A stretch of DNA of 64,000 nt from Acidobacteriota bacterium (GTDB taxonomy: Bacteria > Acidobacteriota > Vicinamibacteria > Vicinamibacterales > UBA2999). The stretch lies in contig JACPTI010000077.1 in NCBI GenBank assembly GCA_016192845.1, positions 14,080 to 78,079 of the forward strand. The letters run 5' to 3'. A program made the translations under genes and the position numbers. Under the pieces are notes generated by a model that was not told the origin of the DNA, did no database searches, and saw nothing but the letters and a program-made list of their open reading frames with translations. Shown here piece after piece: positions 58,140-64,000 of the stretch. Within the stretch, counting starts at the first letter, position 1. Each line of letters starts with the position of its first letter.

Positions 58140-60607
58140 GGCGCCGCCTTGCCGCCGCCGCTGCGCGTGAACACGCCGTACCAGACGGCGTACTCGCCGG
58201 CTTTCGTCTTCAGAACGATCTTCGAGTCGAGCCGCAGTCCGTGGCACTCGAGGACGTCGGTCACCGCGCCCGATTGCGCGGTGGAGACCTCCACGAGAAT
58301 CGACTGCAGCGCGGGCGACGACAGCGTGCGCGGGGCGCCCTCGAGCACCGCCAGCTCTCCGCCGTCGACGTCGAGCTTGATGTGATTCGGCAGCGGCAGG
58401 CGGACCCATTCGACCAGGTCGTCCAGGCGGAATCTCATCACCGGCTGCTGATAGAGCGTCGGGCCGTCCTCGGGCTGGCCGGGGCCGAGCACGTGTCGCG
58501 CGGCGCCGGGCTCGAGGTCGCGCAGGCTGAACACGTCCATCGCCGTCGTGTCGGCGAGCGCCACCGGCATCGGCGTAATCAGCGCGCCCACGCCGTTAAG
58601 CACGATGTTGGTGCAGAGCGACGCCACGCTCGCGTAGCTCGCCTCAAACGAGAAGACGCGGGCCGCGCCGCCCGGCTTCTTGGCGGCCACCAGCGAGTAA
58701 ATGCCGACGTTGGCGCCGATGTCGTACAGCACCTCGCCCGCCCCGATACGCGTGTGAATCCAGTCGACGGTGAACGGCTCCTTCTTGCAGGCCCGCAGGC
58801 GGAATTCTTCGCCCTTCGTCAGGACCTGGATGTAGATGTCCGCCTCCTCGTAGGCAACCCTCCGCGGCCGGCTCGCCGCGTGCATGTCGACGAACGAGCT
58901 CCGGGGAATCTGGTGCATGACCGCCCGCAGTAGCTCGCGGCGCTTGATCGAGCCAAGGGCCGCAAAGTCGGCCGCGAGCGCCTGGACCGGATCGCGTCTC
59001 GTCGCCAGCGCCTCCGCGCGCCGCGCCCGCCGCTCCTCTTCCTTGCGGGCCTGCGCCGCCAGGCGTTCGGCCACCCGCGCGCGGCGCCGCGCCTCGCGCG
59101 CGGCCTTCTCCGCCTCGCGGGCCGCCCTCGCCTCCTGCGCCGCGCGCGCCTCGCGTTCGAGCTCCCCGGCCCGCCGCGACAGCCGCGGCCGGATGAGCGG
59201 CGCCCAGATCGGCGCTCCGCTGCCAGCGCGTGCGGGCTCGGCCGCTAGCGCTTCGAGTGCTTCGACCAGGCGCGGCGTGGCGGGCACATCGACGCCGTAC
59301 GGCCGCACGAATGCCTCGACGAACCGTCGGCACTGGACGTCTTCGGCGTCGGGCTCCCGCACGGCCGCATCCAGGTGGGCGAGGTGCTCGTCGAAATCGC
59401 GCGCGACGCGCACGAGGCCCCCGTTGACGCTCCGCAGGTGACGAAAGTGCAGCGTCCCCTCCTGCGTGTCGCGGAACTCGGGCGCGAGCAGCGTGAAGAC
59501 GCGGCGCCCGAGGATGGCGCTCTCGATCTCGGCCGTCGTGTTGACGCCGACGACCCCTGCGCTGTGGTACATGGAATCGAAATAGTCGCTGCGCGAGTCG
59601 GCGTCGACCGGGGCCGCGCCCGCAGGCGGCCACACCACCACGCCGCCGAAGCTGCTCAGGTCGGCGTTCTGCCATTGCTCCGCGTGCTGCGGATGGGGGC
59701 GCACGAGGATCCCTGCGGCGCGAAGCGCCTGGAACGGTGCGCAGCGGACCTGCTGCGCCCACTTCTGGACGAACGCAGCCTCGTCGGGGGCGACGAACTT
59801 CGACGAACACACGTAGAGGAGATACGGACGGTCGGACGGCAGCCCGATGTGCGAGCAGAACGCCTCGCGCGCCCTGCTGGGACGCCACTCGAACCAGTGG
59901 TCGAAGGCCGCCGCGCCCGTGACCACGACACGATCGGCGGGGATGCCATGGAGCTCGACCGCCTCGCGCTTCATCGCCTCGTTCCAGACGGCGACGAGGT
60001 CGACCGGCCCGTGGATGAGGCCCTTGTTGGTCAGGTTGTCCCAGCTGGCGACGCAGTGCGCCGAGCGGACGCCGAGCGCGTGCGCGCTCCGGACGAAATC
60101 GGCCTGCGGGGAACCAGGTTCGATCAGTGGAGTGACGGCCATCACATCGGGACGGTGCTCGGCGATGAAGGCATCGATCGCCGGATCGCGCGGAATGGCG
60201 CGATCCATCACACGCAGCCACGCCCCCAGCGCCCGGCGGCCCACCGGCGCACTCGCGAACCCGTACTCGGCCCTCGCGAGAATCGCCGGCGAGACCTCGC
60301 GTGCGGCGCGATCCCGCAGCTTCGACGCGTCACGGTACTCCGGTCTCAGGTACCGCAGGTAATCGAGACTGAGGCGCAGTTCGCGCCCAAGCAGCCCCCA
60401 CCCGTCCGTGCGCACCGGAGCCTCGCCGTACGAGAAGTTGGCGTAGCGGTCGGCGAACCGTTGCGGCGTGTCGACCGGATCCAGCAGCGTGTTCTTGTCC
60501 TTCTGAAACGCGACGTGGACGCGATGCCCGCGATCGCACAGCATCCGCAGGGTCGATTCGAAATTGCGAACGTACCCGGAATGCCGCATGACGAAGAGAG
60601 CTTTCAT
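58136..60607 (-). CDS. Module A + coiled coil + FkbM methyltransferase fusion (823 aa)
   Basis: SWDNLTNKG/RPHP domain, ELEREARAAQEARAAREAEKAAREARRR..EEERRARR linker, YDIGANVG, FEA, IKLDVDGGE. Confidence 0.85.
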   Translation of the reverse strand: MKALFVMRHSGYVRNFESTLRMLCDRGHRVHVAFQKDKNTLLDPVDTPQRFADRYANFSYGEAPVRTDGWGLLGRELRLSLDYLRYLRPEYRDASKLRDRAAREVSPAILARAEYGFASAPVGRRALGAWLRVMDRAIPRDPAIDAFIAEHRPDVMAVTPLIEPGSPQADFVRSAHALGVRSAHCVASWDNLTNKGLIHGPVDLVAVWNEAMKREAVELHGIPADRVVVTGAAAFDHWFEWRPSRAREAFCSHIGLPSDRPYLLYVCSSKFVAPDEAAFVQKWAQQVRCAPFQALRAAGILVRPHPQHAEQWQNADLSSFGGVVVWPPAGAAPVDADSRSDYFDSMYHSAGVVGVNTTAEIESAILGRRVFTLLAPEFRDTQEGTLHFRHLRSVNGGLVRVARDFDEHLAHLDAAVREPDAEDVQCRRFVEAFVRPYGVDVPATPRLVEALEALAAEPARAGSGAPIWAPLIRPRLSRRAGELEREARAAQEARAAREAEKAAREARRRARVAERLAAQARKEEERRARRAEALATRRDPVQALAADFAALGSIKRRELLRAVMHQIPRSSFVDMHAASRPRRVAYEEADIYIQVLTKGEEFRLRACKKEPFTVDWIHTRIGAGEVLYDIGANVGIYSLVAAKKPGGAARVFSFEASYASVASLCTNIVLNGVGALITPMPVALADTTAMDVFSLRDLEPGAARHVLGPGQPEDGPTLYQQPVMRFRLDDLVEWVRLPLPNHIKLDVDGGELAVLEGAPRTLSSPALQSILVEVSTAQSGAVTDVLECHGLRLDSKIVLKTKAGEYAVWYGVFTRSGGGKAAP

Positions 60608-60637
60608 CGGTCCGAGCAGAATGGCCGGCGGGGCCGG

Positions 60638-61462
60638 TCAGCGCCGCACGAACAGGGCATCCGCCACCCGCGGAAAGGTGCCGGGCGGGCGATGCTCGAC
60701 GACGTTCGCGAGTTCGTAGCCCAGCCGATCCATGAAGGCCGCCACCACGCGCACGCGAGAGTCGGCGGCGTCGGCTTCGATCAGCTCCGTATAGACCTCG
60801 CACCGCGACGACGACAGCACCTCCACCGCCCCGGCAAGCACCTTGTCCTCGACGCCGTCGACGTCCAGCTTGATCCGCGTCGGCCGCGGCAGCCCCAACA
60901 TGCGCACGAGGTCGTCCAGCCGGAACGTCAACACGTGTTCGATGGCTGCCGGCGTGAACGGCCGCCGCGCGTGGTCGAGCGCCTCGCCAACGGCATGCGA
61001 CGCGCTGCCCGCGCCGAGGCGCGACCGGTAGAACGGCCGCACGCCCGTCTCGTCGAACAGCGCAACCTGCAGCGGCGTCACGACCCCGGCGAGGCCGTTT
61101 GCGAGAATGTTGCGGACGAGCGCCGCAAAGCTGTCGAAGGCCGGCTCGAAGGCGATGACCGGCGTGCGGCCGCCGTGCAGGCGCGCCGCGATGAGCGATA
61201 GACCGCCGATATTGGCGCCGATGTCGAAGAAGACGTCGCCCGCGCCGAACGAGGCGAGCCACCTGACGAGCGGCTCCTGCTGCACGCGCCGCCGCCTGGC
61301 TCGCTTGTACTCGGAGAGCGATCCGAGGGTGAAGCGGAGGCCGTCCTCGTTCTCGAAACCCGCGGTCGCCTGCAGCTCTTCGAGCAGGCGCAGGCGGAAC
61401 CTGATGGGCAGCGTGACCGCCTCGTCGAGCAGCTGCCGGAACTTCTCTTCCCCCGCCCTCAC
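60638..61462 (-). CDS. FkbM-family methyltransferase
   Basis: FFDIGANIG, AFEP, RLDDL, IKLDVDGVE. Paralog of the FkbM domain in the adjacent gene. Confidence 0.88.
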   Translation of the reverse strand: MRAGEEKFRQLLDEAVTLPIRFRLRLLEELQATAGFENEDGLRFTLGSLSEYKRARRRRVQQEPLVRWLASFGAGDVFFDIGANIGGLSLIAARLHGGRTPVIAFEPAFDSFAALVRNILANGLAGVVTPLQVALFDETGVRPFYRSRLGAGSASHAVGEALDHARRPFTPAAIEHVLTFRLDDLVRMLGLPRPTRIKLDVDGVEDKVLAGAVEVLSSSRCEVYTELIEADAADSRVRVVAAFMDRLGYELANVVEHRPPGTFPRVADALFVRR

Positions 61463-61483
61463 CTCATGCCGCTCCCGTAGGCT

Positions 61484-61765
61484 TCACCCGTCACGGCGCG
61501 CGTCGCTCGTGCGGTTCGCGGCAATCTTGTCCGCCCGGCGCCGCCGGCGGCGCGCGCTCTCACGCGCTTCCGCAACAACCGCCGCGGCCCGCTCGATGCG
61601 CTCGCGCGCATCCAGGGCGACCGCGCGCAATTCGCGAACAGCGCGCCCGTACACTTCGAGGACGGGCGTCACGCTGACACCCTGATGTTCGTCCCAGCCA
61701 TCGCCGCGTCGGACGCGATCGAGGAGGATCAGGACGGATTCGAGCGGCGGGTCCGGCGTGTTCAC
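61484..61765 (-). CDS. Small hypothetical protein (93 aa, helical, Arg-rich C-terminus)
   Basis: Fills the gap between wzm and the FkbM gene in operon orientation. GTG start 4 nt after the wzm stop. Confidence 0.45.
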   Translation of the reverse strand: MNTPDPPLESVLILLDRVRRGDGWDEHQGVSVTPVLEVYGRAVRELRAVALDARERIERAAAVVAEARESARRRRRRADKIAANRTSDARRDG

Positions 61766-61769
61766 AGTC

Positions 61770-62648
61770 TCACAGCCGATCGATTGTGGATGACTCGTTG
61801 ACGGTGAAGAACCAGACGCCTGCGGCCATCGCCGCAACCGCCACCACGAACGACGTGGCCAGCGGAACGAGCGGCACCTCGCCGACGCCGAGAATCCCCC
61901 ACCGGAACGTCGCGACCACGGACGCCATCGGGTTGACGAAGATCAGCCAGCGATGTTCGGGCGGGACGAGCGAAATCGGGTAGAACACGGGCGTCAGGTA
62001 CATCCAGAACTGCATGAAGTACCGCAGCCCGAACCGAGTCTCCTTGTGCCGCGCCTGGAAGACGCACGTCCAGAGCACCACGCTCAACGCGCAGAACACG
62101 GCGAAGACGCTCATCAGCAGCGCAACGAGCAGCGTCGGGCCCACCCGAACGTAGAGCACGCCATCCTTCCAGACATAGAAGAGCGCGACGAGCGTCAGCA
62201 GCACCATGTAGATGACGAAGTAGGCCGCCGCCGGGGCGACCGACGCGACCGGCGAAATCAGCCGCGGGAAGTACAGCCGTTTGATCAAGCTCTTGTGTTG
62301 GTCGAGGCACTTGGTCCCGAACAGGATCGAGCGGTCGAACAGACTCCACGGCACGAAGCCGGTCATGAAGAACAGCACGAACGGCACGCCGTCCGACGGG
62401 AGCCGTAAGAGCCCGCCGAACACGAAGCCACCGACCAGAATCGGGAAGAGCGGCCGCGCAAACAGCCAGAAAATCCCGAGCGTCATGCCTTCATACATGT
62501 CCTTCACGGTGCGGACGGCCAGGAACCACAACAGCCGTCGGCACCGCCAGATCTCGACCGCCCGCGCGGCGGTTCCCTCCCGCTGGGGCTCGATGACCCA
62601 GGGTGCGGCGGTCGAATGGGACGCCGCCCCTTCAAAACCGTGCGACAC
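61770..62648 (-). CDS. wzm: Polysaccharide ABC transporter permease
   Basis: LGIFW...P, LIKRLYFPR, WMYLTPVFYP, NPM...V..FR; about 6 TM segments. Confidence 0.92.
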   Translation of the reverse strand: MSHGFEGAASHSTAAPWVIEPQREGTAARAVEIWRCRRLLWFLAVRTVKDMYEGMTLGIFWLFARPLFPILVGGFVFGGLLRLPSDGVPFVLFFMTGFVPWSLFDRSILFGTKCLDQHKSLIKRLYFPRLISPVASVAPAAAYFVIYMVLLTLVALFYVWKDGVLYVRVGPTLLVALLMSVFAVFCALSVVLWTCVFQARHKETRFGLRYFMQFWMYLTPVFYPISLVPPEHRWLIFVNPMASVVATFRWGILGVGEVPLVPLATSFVVAVAAMAAGVWFFTVNESSTIDRL

Positions 62649-63921
62649 CCTGCACCCCTTCCGGCTGCTCGTCGACTCGCTGGAACTTCCACCGGAACTG
62701 CGGCGTCAGATACCCGGACGCCCGGACGTCCTTCTCGCGGCGCTCCGTCCCGTCCGGCGCGTACACGATGAACGAGAGCGGCTCGCCCATGAGCACGTAC
62801 TGGCGGCGCCCCTCGCCTTCGCGCGCGACCGTCAGGCTCGGCACCACGCTGTAGGTCATCTCGTTGAAGAATCGGTGCGGCAGCCGCATGAGCGCCTCCC
62901 ACATGCCGCCGGTCCTGAACACGCGCATCCCCAGGGGATCGGCCGTCCGAAAGATCAACTGCCCGCGCGCCCGCACGTCGTACGCCGCGCAGGCGCACAG
63001 ATGATTTTCGAGCAGCTCGAACCGCATGCGCAGATACGTCATCTCGTTCGTCGGCATCCCGCGCACTTCGCGGCCGTCCTCCGTCACGACCTTGACGTCG
63101 TGGATGATGGCGAATCGGTTGACGTGGCGGCCGCGCTCGGAGCCGGTCATGCCCCGCGCCCACACCGAAGTCTGGTAGTCCGCGACGACCTCCTCCGAGT
63201 CGCCGAACCCGAGCACGCGGCCGGCATTCAGCCAGAGCGTCCGGTCGCAGACGCGCACGATCGCTTCCATGTCGTGCGACACGAACAGCACCGTGAGGCC
63301 CCGTTCCGCTTCCTGCTTCACGCGTTCGAGGCAGCGCTCCTGAAAGCTCTCGTCGCCGACCGCCAGGATTTCGTCCGCAAGCAGAATCGACGGCTCCATG
63401 TTGATGGCGACCGAAAACGCCAGGCGCAGATACATACCGCTCGAGTAGTGCTTGAGCGGCGTATCCACGAACGTGTCGACCTCGGCGAACTCCAGGATCT
63501 GGTCGAAGCGGCGCGTCACGACCGCACGGGGGACGCCCAGCATCGCGGCGTTCAGGAAGATGTTCTCCCGGGCGGACAGATCCGGATCGAAGCCGGCGCC
63601 GAGCTCCAGCAGCGACACGACCCGACCACTGCCGACGACCCGGCCTTCGGTCGGCGTGATGATCCGCGCGAGGATCTTCAGGAGCGTGGTCTTGCCCGCC
63701 CCGTTGGCGCCAATCACGCCGAGCACCGTGCCCGGCTCGACAAGGAACGAGACGTCGCGGAGCGCCCAGAACTCGCGCGACTGTTCCCGTTCCTGACCGT
63801 TGGTCGTCGACCGTCGTACGCGCACGGCGAGCCGGCGCAGGACGCCCGTCGGTGTTCGCTCGTCGGCGCTGCTCGCAAGCTCGTATCGCTTGCCGAGCCC
63901 CTCGACGATGAGCTGGTTCAT
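62632..63921 (-). CDS. wzt: Polysaccharide ABC transporter ATPase with a C-terminal extension (Wzt_C-like)
   Basis: FWALRDVSF, GANGAGKTT, LLELGAGF, YSSGM..RLAF, LADE.LAVGD, VSH, plus about 170 extra C-terminal residues. Confidence 0.93.
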   Translation of the reverse strand: MNQLIVEGLGKRYELASSADERTPTGVLRRLAVRVRRSTTNGQEREQSREFWALRDVSFLVEPGTVLGVIGANGAGKTTLLKILARIITPTEGRVVGSGRVVSLLELGAGFDPDLSARENIFLNAAMLGVPRAVVTRRFDQILEFAEVDTFVDTPLKHYSSGMYLRLAFSVAINMEPSILLADEILAVGDESFQERCLERVKQEAERGLTVLFVSHDMEAIVRVCDRTLWLNAGRVLGFGDSEEVVADYQTSVWARGMTGSERGRHVNRFAIIHDVKVVTEDGREVRGMPTNEMTYLRMRFELLENHLCACAAYDVRARGQLIFRTADPLGMRVFRTGGMWEALMRLPHRFFNEMTYSVVPSLTVAREGEGRRQYVLMGEPLSFIVYAPDGTERREKDVRASGYLTPQFRWKFQRVDEQPEGVQGVARF

Positions 63922-64000
63922 CCGCGCCGCCTGGCGGGATCGCCCCCCGCCGACCCGCGCTCCGCCGGGAGAACGACCCCGGCCAGATCGACCAGGGGCG
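63918..64000 (-). CDS. Probable 3' end of an upstream gene truncated by the window edge
   Basis: Open frame PLVDLAGVVLPAERGSAGGDPARRRG* whose TGA overlaps the wzt ATG (ATGA). Confidence 0.35.
   Translation of the reverse strand, partial: PLVDLAGVVLPAERGSAGGDPARRRG

Overview
Very GC-rich (roughly 70% by eye) bacterial DNA. The repeat types and gene style suggest Acidobacteriota (Vicinamibacterales-like), but that is inference. Almost the whole window is one large cell-surface glycan locus on the minus strand, about 48 CDS, many coupled by ATGA/GTGA overlaps. Only two genes lie on the plus strand: an LhgO-like FAD oxidoreductase and a DUF5672-like protein. In transcription order (right to left) it holds: an ABC exporter (wzt with a C-terminal extension, wzm); a ~32 kb array built from a few duplicated and shuffled modules (9 copies of an uncharacterised SWD[N/H]L..K/RPHP GT-B-like domain, 5 copies of a GPW..E.G.E.LYW.PF domain, 3 sugar O-methyltransferase-like domains, 3 related GT2 domains, FkbM/TylF methyltransferases, coiled-coil linkers); two separate ulosonic-acid gene sets (neuC + neuB + a neuA-methyltransferase fusion, and neuB + SDR + ALDH + neuA + transketolase + HAD + KpsS-like transferase); a deacetylase/formyltransferase pair; a WecA-like initiator fusion; GT4/GT2 genes; rmlD, gmd and a UDP-sugar dehydrogenase. 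The few intergenic gaps contain several families of palindromic repeats. Some are nested inside one another, two families show compensatory base changes, and one repeat pair is inserted in frame in a neuA gene. No rRNA, tRNA, CRISPR array or transposase was found. Product calls come from motif recognition only; no database search was run.
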